From assembly GCA_951406725.2 (NCBI GenBank), contig OX597818.1:6944001-7008000 (forward strand): a stretch of DNA of 64,000 nucleotides, given 5' to 3'. The stretch comes from Octopus vulgaris (lineage: Eukaryota). The notes under the pieces were generated by a model. The model saw only the letters and a program-made list of their open reading frames with translations, searched no databases and was not told where the DNA came from. Shown one piece after another: positions 41,101 to 54,037 of this stretch (its first letter is position 1; every line of letters starts with the position of its first letter). A program made the translations under genes and the position numbers.

Positions 41101-42448
41101 AAGTGAAAAATGGTTATATCAAGACAGGCAATGTGATGAATGAAGAATATTTACTGTGCAATACCAATGGTCTTTTGTTTTTTGGATACATTACACTGTA
41201 ACTCATTGGTATCTTGAGAATCTTTGAGATGGTGTATTTTATGGAGAACATGAGGATATATAATTATCAAATATAAATTTAACATGTACAGAGTGATAGT
41301 AAAAAAAATTATTGAAATATGGAAATGTAAGAACTGAAGGATACTTACTTGAATAAAGTAAAATATTTGATATGTTATGATAGAAAACTCAACTCTTGTT
41401 CTTTACACAAAAAAGACTAAACTATCTTTTGTTGTGCAACTATGGTGGATGATGTGTCAGAACATAATATTTGCTGTTCCTTATAATCTCCCTGCAATCA
41501 ATATAAACAATGGTGTATTTTGCATCAAAATGCTAATATGAGAGTTTCTCTCATAGTAACTACCACAGTAATGTTTGTTCTATTAGAAAAACCCCGTTTA
41601 AGTGGGGATAAATAATATCTCTTCATATTAACATTGCCTCTCGTATCACTATTATTTATTTTTTAACCAGCTAACTGACTAATCATGACATCAGTGCCTG
41701 TTCTTGCACTGTCAATCTAGATATCACTGGTGGGGTGATGAATTGCTGATGCATCTAGTAGCTGAGTGTTCATCATTGATAAGATTAAACAAAGTTGAAA
41801 TCATGTGACCTAGTGATCTCAGTGATGGAAATGGTAGGGATTTAACTCCATCAGCATCACTTAACATCCGTTGTCCATGCTGGTATAGGTTGGACAGTTT
41901 GACTGGACTAGCATGCTGCACCAGACTCTAGTCTGACTTCACATGGTTTTCTATGGCTGGATGCTCTTCCTAATGCCAAAACTCCAAGAGTGTAATGGGT
42001 GTGTTTATGTGCCACCAGCATGGGTGCCATTTGTGTGACACTGGGATGCATTTACATACTCCTGGAATTGGTTCCAATTTGTGTGACATCAGTATCTGCA
42101 ATGACTGTAATTTTACTTGGCTTGATGGGTCTTCTCAAGCAAGACATAATGACAAAAGTCTTGGTCATTTCCTCCATGTTAGCAATAAAAACATGAGAGA
42201 GTGCATGTTGCACCAAAATACCAATACAAGAGTTTCTTTCATGGTAACTAATGCAATAAGGTTTGTTTTAATAGAACAGCCACATTAAAGTGGGGATGAA
42301 TATTACCTACACATCAAATTTCAAAGAAAGAGAAGATCAGAATATAAAATTTATTGTCTACTTTTTAAATCCACCATTAGATTTATCAAAAATATTATTG
42401 ATGCTGGAAAGAATGAATACTTAACTTATGAAGGCTACTGTTGAGTGA

Positions 42449-42668
42449 ACATGGAGGTGTTGAAAAGTTCAGGCTGTAAGGGTATCACAAAATGCCTGGT
42501 TGGAGGCCCAAACTTCCAAGTTCTTTGACAGGCCTTAGATAAACTGAAGGAATGCTTCAATTACATCTGTGAAACTGAGAAGGGGGATATGTTGAATAAA
42601 ATCATAGTTAACTGATCCTCCTTCATTTTCTTGTACCCAAAACCAGAAACTTTTCAACACACCATGTA
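42449..42668. mobile_element. Mariner-derived MITE of about 220 bp
   Basis: TIRs acatggaggtgttgaaaagtt / aacttttcaacacaccatgt. The interior resembles a transposase C-terminus ending GGYVE*. Confidence 0.85.
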
Positions 42669-45600
42669 GATATGAATGTATGAGTCACAATCGAGAGAAT
42701 AAATACAAAAGTAAATGAAGATTAACAAGGAATGCAGAATATTTATCAAATTGTGGAAATCTACAATGTCCCATCAATGCTGATGTGTAGGAAAGTAGCA
42801 TTTGCTGCTGCATCTAAGGGTTCAATGATATACAGATTTGATAATCCACACTAAATAACATCATTAGACATGATAGATTGTGTAAAGAATAATGATGTCT
42901 GTGTGTAGAATGTCAAAACAGAAACTACCATCACTTAATAAATATGTATAAATGTTTCCTACTTCTGATTTGTAAGTCATGGGATATCCACAATTACAAG
43001 TTATGTGTGAATTCTAAATGTTTTTTCTTATTATTATAATATCTCACAGCTGAAAGTAAGGGTGCATTTCCAATATTGTGGGAAAATTGAAATTTCCAAA
43101 TTAAGCACAAAAATCACAAATAAATGACTACTGAATGAAATGACAGCTGTTAATAAAGATGATATGTTGTTTATCTTTTCAATCAGGAGACAAATACTTA
43201 TGTCAGTTTACAGGCCCTCCATGATTAGTGGGACAGAGGGAGGGAAATATCCTCTAATAGTTACTGTGTAGTAGAGAAGAAGCAAATGATTTTCAAAACT
43301 GTGTGATATATATTCAAGGCTACCCTACCTTATGGCATCCATTTTCATACCTTAGGAAGTTGTTAGTATTTTAAGGAGCAGAAACATGAATAAATGGGCA
43401 ATGAATGGAAAAGGTTTAGATTGAAAATATCTGTAATCTTCCATTATTTACTAGAAGATTGTTGTTAACTATAGGTTTAACACTGTATTATTTGGTTAGT
43501 GGTCTACATAATTAGCAAATGAAAACTTCCTTGAAACAATAGTTGTCCTTGAAAGTTTCTTGATTGTTTTGTTTTTAATGTTAGGTATTACCTGAAGGGT
43601 AATTTATAAGCACAGATGGAAAAGTGACAATATTGGTTGCAGAGTGTTAAGTATAAAATGATGAATGAAGAAAACATATTTAAAATTAAAATTGATGTGG
43701 AGGAAATGAATAACAATTACTGAATGATAAAATCCATGGTACTTGATGCCCAAATCCTTTCTGCTACAAATGTATGGCAGCATTCACATTAAATTAATAA
43801 ATACCATGTCCCTCAGTTTGTATTCTGTATTTCAAGTTGTGGGTAGTTAATTTTATAGAATAATAAAGAAGGGCAAAGTAATTTTTGAAATAGAAAATAA
43901 AAATGAATGATGAAAGAATAAAGTATATTTACTATAAGATGGCAATCAAATCACTCTTTCTCCTTTTCACTGATGATGTGTACAAAAATAATAATTTCTG
44001 TTGCTTAGGCTGTAATCTCTATTGATGTTGTTATGTAAAAGAAGATATACAAAGATATACAAGTTTAAATTAGTGGAAATGAAGTAAAATATGAAATTAA
44101 TGAGACAATGAATGAAGAATATATATACTGCATGATGAAATTTTTAATTCATGGTAATTGATGTTCTAATCCTTTAGCTGCATTTGTATTTTAATATTAG
44201 GATGGTATTAATGTTTGTGAATTTATAATATATTGACTAGTTCAGGAAACAGCACATGCAAGTTCGATTCTCGCTGGTGAATATTACCTTTTTCCTGTCT
44301 CCAGAAGTTTTTAAACCTAACATGTCTTGCTGAACTTGTGTTATAACAGCTTACAATAAGCTACACTACTTTCAAATTTCCACTCTTTTTACATGATTAT
44401 TTTGTTGCTTCCATATTTTATAATTTGTATATATATAATGCCAAATCTGATGTGTTGATAAATATTGTCTGCTGTTGCATACAGTTGGAATTTGTATTGT
44501 TTGCATTGTCAGAAGACTTTCTAAATGAGAACTTTCTTGTAAACAACATTCTTTGCAATAGGTTTCTCGTTTGTTTCTCATTTCTCAATAGGTTTCTCAT
44601 ACATATATATGTTCTGGACACTCTTGAGAAGTCAACATAGTTTTACATGTTTGAATATGGGCCTAGGTAAATATAATGCTATTATTTCAAATTTTATCCT
44701 TGTTATTTATTAATTGTCATTGCCATTGCTAATTTAATACAAAGCTGTGGTGTAATTCATATAAATAGTAACCCTTCACCCACTGAAAAAAGGGTAACTC
44801 TTGGTATAAGAGTTCTTTGTTGTGGACCTTTAGTTATAATTTTTACCTTAATGACTTTCTGTTGAATGTCTTAATCTAAATGTGTAATATTACTCATGCC
44901 ATTAGTTTGGTCAATTTGTACATAAGAGATTAATTACAGCATTATTGCATTAATATTGTAATGGAAAGCCTGAAATATTTGAGGCACTTAAGTGCTCTGT
45001 ATTGAATTCTTAAGGGTCATCCTGATGTGAACTTTGATTCATTTTGTTTTCTTGTAGTGGTGAAGGCTGACCTCAGGATTCTGAGTTTAAAGGATGACAA
45101 AGGAATTGGATCATGACCTTTTACTCAGAGTTAGAAGTCTTTGTCGTTGTACTGTTTCCATATTCACATCTGGAAAATTGCATGTTTGGTTATATAGAAA
45201 TAAGTTTCTCTTCTAGAACAACCTTTGAAAAATCTTGTGTATTTACAATGTCTAAATATTCTACACTGATATTTTGAAAGAGAGTTGCCAATTCATTATG
45301 TCATAGCATCATAACTTATAATGATATCATGAAGTATATATCTACTCTTTTGACTAATGTCATTCAGTGATGTAGTTGATACTCTGTATTGTAAATATAG
45401 CTCCTTATTATGGCTCCTTATCTGGGGAGACAAGTAAATGTGAAGGAATTGAATGTAGACCCGACTATATCTTGCATATATATAAATACCTAATTGATTG
45501 TAAGTTTTGTTTTTAGTGCCTGTTACATCAGATGATGTGAAATCTTATGAGCCCTGATATTAGACCTAAATAGGACACCTTCAGTAGTCGAAGTTAAGAG

Positions 45601-46487
45601 TTCTTTAAGCTGAGCTGGTGGCTGTGAGATGGGCATAAGTGAAACCTAACCCTCCCCACAACAAAAATTGAACAAAGTGGAAATTCTTCCATTTATTCTT
45701 ATGAATGCACCACATTTACAACATTTCTCATTCTTTTTTCTCCATGTAGCTTATTTCAATGTCATCTTTAAAGTTGTCAATTTTCTGATCTTTTCCTCAC
45801 AAAGTCTATTCATTTGCTGCTTGCTTGTTGTGTCTGTGCTTCTTAAAATTTCCTAAATCGAAACCTGCCTTATTCTATCATCATGCTGTAATTTTAATCC
45901 TTGTTCAGTAGTAATTGATGAATGGTGTGTATGTCATTGTTTATTGTAAAGCTGTCTCTTTTCAATTATATTTCCATTTTTACACCTTTGAGTGAATATT
46001 ATTTCACACTCTTGAATTATAATGGAAGTAGTTTCCTAGAACATATTTAGAGAAAATATAAAAGCTTTTGGGGAAAAATTTGAGAATTTTTTTTTTCTAT
46101 CAGAAACTAATTACAATTAAGAGAAATATAGCTGTACATTTTTGATTCTTAATTGAAGTGATGGTATTCATTTTTTTTTTTTTGCATTTAAAATTACAGT
46201 TTACCCTTCAATTCAAACAAAACAAAACCACATTCAATATTCAGAATGTGGAAAAAAACTCCACCACTGCATGAAATAAATGAATTATAATTTTCACATT
46301 TCAAATGGGAAGGAGACATAAGCATATACTGGGAGAACAGCTGCAATTTTAAACCTATTAAGTTATTAGAAAAGTGGGTCCACATTTTCTTTAAACACAT
46401 TTCATATTCATTAGCATTATTGTTAAAAAATTAAAACTGAAAGAATTCTCTCAGTAAATATTAAAATATACTTGTGCATTTTGAATG

Positions 46488-46532
<45 letters not shown>

Positions 46533-47827
46533 CAGCTGCAGCTGAATACCCTGTAACTGTAATCAGTTTCAATAAGTAGGAAAAACCTTCAAAAACTAAC
46601 GAGCCATTTTTTAAAAATCTTAAATCACATCAATTTTTTTCTGAAATCACTACATTCTTTAATGTTCTAGCTATCATATTATTTCAATACTATTACAGCA
46701 ACACATTCATGCTACCGGGAAGAGATCTTTTTTGGTTCATCATTATCACTTAACGTGCACGTTCCATGCTGGCATCGGTTGGGTGGTTTGACTGAAACTG
46801 ATGTGCCCAAGGAGTGCTTTGAGTGCCAATGTCTGTTTTTGCATGGCTTTTACAGCTAGATGCTCTTCCTAAAGCTAATCATTTTACAGTTTGCACCGGG
46901 TGCTTTTGTCATTCCCCTGGCGCAACTGTGTTGTTATGCATTTTGTGGTACTCTGAACCCTGGGTTTGATGAACAACAGAGGTTAGCTTCATGCAACGAG
47001 TACTATGAGAGGTCCTTGCAGAAGGATCTGTATGGTTACTGAAATTTATCATAATAATAAAAGGGGTGGTGGAGATCGGCAGGAGCTGCAAGGAATGAAT
47101 AATGGTGTTAAGGTACCCAAGTGGCTCTCATAAAACAGTGGATGGTTTGCAAGGATGTGTGGGAGGGTGAATAAGTGATGGTGGTGGTATCAACAGACTA
47201 CCAAAATGAGTAGGGTTGAGCCGAGAGCTAGGGATGAAAGAAGGAGATAGAAGAAGGGGCGGGCAGTGTGGACACTGCTCCTGGTAGTGGAGAGGAGACA
47301 TAATATATGAGGAGAGAGAATCACTGTAAAGGTGGGTGGAGAACCTAGAAACACAGCACTACCAGATGTTAGACTTGCTGAGTAGGCTGAATCCTTTTGA
47401 GAACTTCATATTACAAGTGATCTGGCTCCTTTGTCATCCATTAAAATCAAAATTTTAAGGTGAGTCTTCACCACTTCATCTAATGTCTTCCAGTAAGGTG
47501 TGATTTAAATTAGATTTGGCTGCTATTTTTAGCATGCTGGGTGACCATATAGAGAGCTTGCTCATTGATGATGTGTGTCGGATGGATCAGGACTGCCGTC
47601 GTCATTTGAACAGTTTTAAAATTAATTTCAAAAATATTCTAAAATTTCAAGTTAAATTGATATACTTCACTAAAACTGTCACCCATTAAACGTCGTTAAC
47701 GCCCTCAGCCCCTCTTCCGAGAAACATACATTTATTGTGAAGCCCGGTTAAATAGTTTCGAATAACAATGTATATATGTTATTTTACTACGTATGTTGAA
47801 AAGGAAAATAACAAAAATTAGATTTAC

Positions 47828-47983
47828 CTTGCTAAAAGCAATGAAATATTAATTCAGTAGATCGATGGCAAGGAATGTCAACACTGGAAAATGTAAGCAG
47901 AGCTATAAGATGAAATGCAAAAGAACATGTTAAAATATCGTGTATTTATGAAGCGATGAAAAATTTGCTGCCTAAATAATGTG

Positions 47984-48024
<41 letters not shown>

Positions 48025-48720
48025 ATATATTTATAATAAATGAGTTTACTTAAAAACGATCTAAACACTGAGGAATCTGCACCGACGATGGTGCAAAGTT
48101 GCACACCCAACAATGTGCAGTCACTGCAGTTGAAACACCTGTAAGTCCGGAGAATATGCCGTAAATATCTGTCAAACTGTATGTGAAAACTCCTCATTTT
48201 CCTAATCTACGGAACACATGTAGTCCAGAACAAGACACACGGTATTACCCAACGCGAGTGAGTACCAGAGCCTTACAACTCATTGTTTGCTCGAGTACAC
48301 ATACGGACCGTTGTGATTAGCCGGAATCTGAAACCGATTTGAGAGTAATTACGGTACCCGCCAGAACAATATATTTGTAGTGACCCTATAACGGTGCGCG
48401 CTCGCGCACCGTCCATTTTCTATTTTCGCGCGTGTTGGTGCCTTCACCAAGGCACAAAAAGGAAGGGCCCTCTCGCGCATGCGCGAACCACCGGAAGCAC
48501 GACCCTGGCCAAGGCAGGGGGATCGTAGAACGTTTGACCACTAGCAGCAGCAAGCGGTGACTTGGGACAGCAGCGATTGAAGGAGACGGTCACGCATATT
48601 TTCTCTCCGTTCGAACTTGCTTCTAGCAGTCCTTACCAAAAGGCCTTTAACCTGGATTGTTGCAGACATCATCTTCTTCCTCCGGACGCCATTTTGACCC
48701 TTTCTGTTTTGGCGGCTGAA
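47828..48720 (-). other. Putative spliced non-coding transcript 5' end: exons about 48720-48637, 48138-48050 and 47883-47828
   Basis: Donors TTG|GTAAGG, TAA|GTAAAC and AAG|GTAAAT; acceptors cttacAG and attttccAG. The joined frames stop early (MASGGRR*; MMSATIQVKGLLVFQLQ*). Confidence 0.4.
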
Positions 48721-48780
48721 CATTGTAAATATTACAATCGATAAACTTTCAGCCTTGCGCGCCCCGAACCAAGGACATCA
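48380..48780 (-). promoter_or_regulatory. CpG-island-like housekeeping promoter / TSS region
   Basis: Sharp CpG enrichment. YY1-type CAAAATGGCG (plus 48687-48696), DRE-like ATCGATA 48737-48743, NRF1-type GCGCATGCGC within 48473-48486, and ETS CCGGAAG near 48491. Confidence 0.65.
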
Positions 48781-49615
48781 GATAACACACTTATTGTTAC
48801 TGTTACCAAGAAAGAGAATAAAGTAGTATATATATATATTTTACGTCTGCGTCTTGTTGTTTCTGACTGGTAGAATTCTGGATTATTAAAGCAACGGCTA
48901 GTGATTGCTTTCTTGTACCCCGAAAGTACAAGAGAAGATATTCACTCACATTAAGATCGTTACATATTCCTTTAAACTCGTTTTGGAAATTTACCAAAAT
49001 TCTTGTATAAAAATTTATACATTTATTGAAAAGTTCTCATTTTTACTATATATATTTTGCCATGATAGATTTAACGCTTCGAAATAAGCATTATAGTATC
49101 AGGTTATGGAATGATTCTGAAATTGACGACAACCTAGAGATAACACTCACGTTCAAAATGACTACAAGTTCGCAATTATTAGCGAATGAACTACATCTGT
49201 ATTAAAATATTTAATCATTTAATTTCATTTGCTCTACAGTTTATCATTATTTGTATATAAGATGTTGGTTACATCAATGAAACTTACATTGTTGAAGTTA
49301 GAATAATTGTTAATTTCGGGCTGAAATTATTGAACCTTATTCATTCAATTTTCCTAATTATGTGTTCAGTGACTTGCTTTTATGGGGTCAAATGACCATT
49401 ACTACTTCATACATATTCATCCTCTTAAAGTGTAACCGACATACTGCTCTGACCATATACATCGATACGTTTCCATAAACGGTTTCGTATTTTGCAATTG
49501 CTTAACTATGGAAGGTCTTATGTAATGGATGCATTTCCTATGATATATAATGTAAACTTGAAATACATCTATGAAATGTTTTCAAAATATCACTGTTTGT
49601 TTTGACTTTATTATG

Positions 49616-49669
<54 letters not shown>

Positions 49670-49895
49670 TACACACACATACAAATAAGCAAAATAGCTG
49701 GTTACAGAATCTTCAGAAGAGATAGAGGAATAGCGTATACTAAACATTAAAGCGAGTAAGCCACATCAAAGTAGCAGATGAAAGTTACTACTAGTTTAAC
49801 CACAGACGTATTCTCTGCTGGCTGGTTTTCTGTGCAAGCTATGCACCTTTTATGTACAATACGTCGCTAGCACGTAGAGCAAAACCCTAATACCT

Positions 49896-50211
49896 TCCAA
49901 CAGCTGACAGGATCGCGGGACCGGCTGATTTCGAGCTATTTGACTCACGTTAGGTGCACACCTGCGCAGTTGAGTATAGCTAAGATCCGCTTCTGCCAGC
50001 GATATATTGTAAGCAAAGTGAGCATCGGTCACTGATTTGCAGGGGGAGCGAACCACTGCTAACCTCCAACAGCTGACAGGATCGCGGGACCGGCTGGTTT
50101 CGAGCTATTTGTCTCACGCCAGGCGAACGCGCCCGTGCAGTGGAGTGTAGCTAAGATCAGCTTCTGCGAGCGGTATATTGTATATAAAGTGACCATCGGT
50201 CACTGATTTGC
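49896..50211. repeat. Diverged GC-rich tandem duplication with a period of about 170 bp
   Basis: tccaacagctgacaggatcgcgggaccggctg...catcggtcactgatttgc occurs at 49896-50040 and 50065-50211. Confidence 0.95.
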
Positions 50212-50848
50212 CACTAGCAAAATAGCGAGTTATAAAAGTTCAAGAAGACACAGAGTAGAGACAGAGTAGGATTCCTAAGTCGTGTAAAAGAATTTGGAAA
50301 GTTGGGCCTCCAGCCAGTGCTTTCGAGATATCCTTAAAGCCAGGAACTTTTCAGCAACTCCTCGTGTATCTATAATATATTAAAAGTCAGCTTGAATCTT
50401 GCTTGTTTACTTGTAATGTTACACAGCCAGCCTGCGCATAATGGGAAATTACTATTAATTACCCATCCCTGAAATGTAGATACGAACGGAATGAAACAAA
50501 TTTCGTGTAAATCGGACAAATGGTTGTCGAGATATTAGTGCGATAAAGGATCCGGAATACCTGTTACGTGGCAGTAAGGCGTGCAAGAAATAGCAGCCAA
50601 ATCTTATGTTCTCTGAGGAAAGGAACCGTTTACGCGTGATTTCGATTTCATATTCGTCGAAACCACGTGAAATAACCTGGAAGAGAAAGAAAAAACTTAT
50701 GAATCAAAACTCCGTTGCAGGGAAACTCAGAATAAATCGCCGCTTATTCAACTTATTCCAATCTTATCGTTTTTCTTCCCCGTTATATATGTACGTACAC
50801 ATCTATAGCTATATCACACATACATACATACATACATACATACATACA

Positions 50849-50925
<77 letters not shown>

Positions 50926-50926
<1 letters not shown>

Positions 50927-51000
50927 GTCTTCCCGCGGCTATAGTAGAAGATACTTGCCCAAGGTGCCACGCAGTGGGACTCAGCCCGGAACCATGTTGG
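50926..51000 (-). mobile_element. CORE-type SINE head fragment
   Basis: The minus strand reads ggttccgggctgagtcccactgcgtggcaccttgggcaagtatcttctactatagcc, a B-box-like segment plus the ccttgggcaagt core. Confidence 0.75.
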
Positions 51001-53867
51001 AATTTGGATATATATATATATATAAAGCAGTTGTGTAAGGGAAAGAGGGAAGCAAAGCGAAAGATAGTTAACGAGAAAGAAGGAAGAGATAAACTAATAT
51101 TTTAAAATCGACAAATGTTCTACAGTATTATAGTAAGTGATATCATAAATTGCCATCATGCAATATTTATTCATTTTTCGTATCCCATTAAGGAGATATG
51201 AAGTAAATCTTTGCAACCGAGGGCATAGAAACCTATTGAAAATGATAATAACTAATAAGCTGCTAATGAATACCATTCGTTACACCATATAATTACTTTA
51301 TATACGGACTCATTTTCAATGCAGCAGCAGCTTGGGTATGTCAACATATTTTTGAAAGTATCTGTCATTTTAAAAATATCATATTAAGACCTTCATAAGT
51401 CGTAGTTATATTTGCTGGAAATTAGATTCAAATTGGTGGCTGTGGAATAAAAAGCCACGGCACCAAACAAAAATATAATGCTAGAACTTGACTGACATTT
51501 TGTTGGTTTCAAGACTTTAGATTGAATTTCAACAAGGAAGCCCCTGGTATTCATATGACTGCTGATAAAATATCTGTTTATAATGTAAAATTTGTCATTC
51601 TAAACCATTCAATAGTGAGAAAAAAACTCGAAAAAGAATTTGAATATAGCGTATAATGTGTGTTATGAACAGTGATGTGAAATGAATTTTCTGTTCAAAT
51701 TTACCAGATTTTCATTGTTTATTTTCGGAGAAATTTTCTGTAAGTTTATGTATAGATTTTAGTAGAGAATAAGGCCAAAATAATCAGAAAATTTTATTTT
51801 CATTTTTAACATGGACCCATGTAGCGTTGAAAAATCTAGTAGATATTTACATTTCTACATATTTCATTAGAAAAAGTTATCGTATTTATACAATCCTTTT
51901 CTTTTTGTCTAGAGAAACATCACTGAATAAAATTACATTATTAAGTTTCTCATCTCTACTTTCTTTTCCCTTATAAATTTTTTTACCACACAATAAATAG
52001 AATTAGATTACCCTAGGATATCTAAAATATGAGATTGACATATAAAACTTGGTGTTTCATGTCGATGACATTTTTATTATTTAAATGATTTACTCCTTAT
52101 TCCTGTCAATTTGAAAAAGATTTCCATGAAACATTAATAAGGCAAGCGTGAGCTGCTTCTGATACTCAAGCTGTTTCAAACATAATCTTTGTATACTTAT
52201 TTTAAAATGCTAAGTTCGTGATAGGATATGTACATATTTTACATATGAACGAATGAACAAGCGAATGAGAGAGAGAGAGAAAGAGAGAGAGTGAGTGAAA
52301 AGGGAGGGGAACGAAAGAGAGTTGAGAGGGAGATGGAAAGAGGAAGGGAGAGAAAAGGAGAGATAGAACAAGGGTTCGAAAATAGAAGTGAAATCGTTTG
52401 CCTTTTGTTCTGTGTGTTTAACATTTGCCGTAACAAACCAGCAAATGAAATAACATTCGGTTAACATTTTATCATGTGAATGTTCTAATAATTTCCTTAA
52501 CACAGATTCAATTTTATGATAATATTAATTATGTTAATGACATCTTTTCACTTGGAGTATCACTTTACAGGATTAAGTGTTTTACGGAAATTTCTCGTCA
52601 AATGTGGAAATATCTTAATGCCAGGAGAATAAAATAACTGAAAGAAAAAATAATGGAAAAGGTTTTCGCTTCCTTTGGTTATGATATCTTTTCATATATT
52701 CCTTTTAAATTTTTCGAATGATGTCATGACAACATGACATTAAAGGAAACTACCTTAATTGTGTGTTAATTGTAGTGTTGTCATTTATAATTTGCCTATT
52801 TTTTGAATCGTCAATTGCCCATTTTATCACATTATGGCTGTGTGATGTAAATTTAACATGAATCGACTGTGACATTTCGAAAATTACACTTCTTGTATTG
52901 CTACTAATGAAGATTTCTAATTTGAATATTAAGCTTGTTTTAAAAACATTTTGTTCCCTGTTCAGAGAAGGAAGGACATTAATCACGGCTTTTCTAGTAA
53001 TTCAGCTCGGAGTGTCGTACGAGGGGAGAAGGAATCATGTCACACGCCAGGCTTGGAAACGGGCCCGAGTGCTAAATGCAATCATGAGCCAAATAGTGGC
53101 ATTAAAGAGAACGAATTCTTTTACTTGTTTCAGTCACTTGACGACAGCCATACTGGAGCACCACCTTGAATGATGAAGTTTATCACACATGAAAATGAAT
53201 GCTCTAAATATGGGATTCCCCAGATTCTTTATCTGGAAAATTCTATTCAGAGAACTCTGATCAATCACATATTATGAGAGTAGACACATCCCTAAATATG
53301 CAACGCAATAAGGTCATACTGAAGAACCAAGATTCTTAATAACTCAGCACTACTTGTTGATAGCGATAAAATAATGATGATTTTTTTTTTTTTTTTGGAA
53401 ATCGTAAAGGGAATCTTGTCACACTACGTCAATCATAATTGAGTAAACATAGAATTATGCGAATTCATGCATTGAACACCCCAACTTAGATGCAATATAT
53501 AGCCAGGACCAGTTTCTCCACTCTATCCATTCCCTTTCGATGACGGGATTGTGATTTGCAGAAATTATGAATGCTATTGCTTGCAGTTCTAGCGACCATC
53601 TTCTTGGTATAGCTTTCACGCATTTACGCAGAATACAGTACGCCAGTCTCATAATCAATATATTAAAACAGTCTTCTTTTTTCTGTTCAGTCAACATCGA
53701 TCGAACAAATTTATTCCAGTATTGGACACCCTGTCTCTTTTAGCAGGCATAGCACAGTGTATAGAGGAATATACAATTCAATGCATCCTTTTTTAAAGAA
53801 ACAATAGGATGATTTGTTGTATTTGTTTGTTACATCTAACTTGTCGATTGACTATATAGGATTCGAA

Positions 53868-54037
53868 TCCAGGTAAAATTAAAAAGTCACATATAAAAAG
53901 TCACAGGAAAGGAAGTCAAAAGAGGTTTTGTACGGAGTGGAGTATTGTCTTGATTCCATAAATTAATTGTGACATTTTTCCTAGCCAAAATTATGACTTT
54001 ATTACTGTGAATTTTTCCTTCTGATTTTATTACCGGC
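53868..54037. mobile_element. MITE-like element with inverted subterminal repeats
   Basis: Repeated aaaagtcaca on the left and tgtgac/tgacttt/tgtgaattttt on the right. Confidence 0.55.

Noticed and set aside
41688-41780. Minus-strand C/D snoRNA (ATGATGA...CTGA, about 85 nt)
   Set aside because: The terminal stem is only 2 bp and I recognised no rRNA-complementary guide.
48373-48780. Telomerase RNA, RNase P/MRP, 7SK or U11/U12 identity for the structured segment
   Set aside because: No TTAGGG template, no complementary P4 CR-I/CR-V pair, and no matching snRNA signature.
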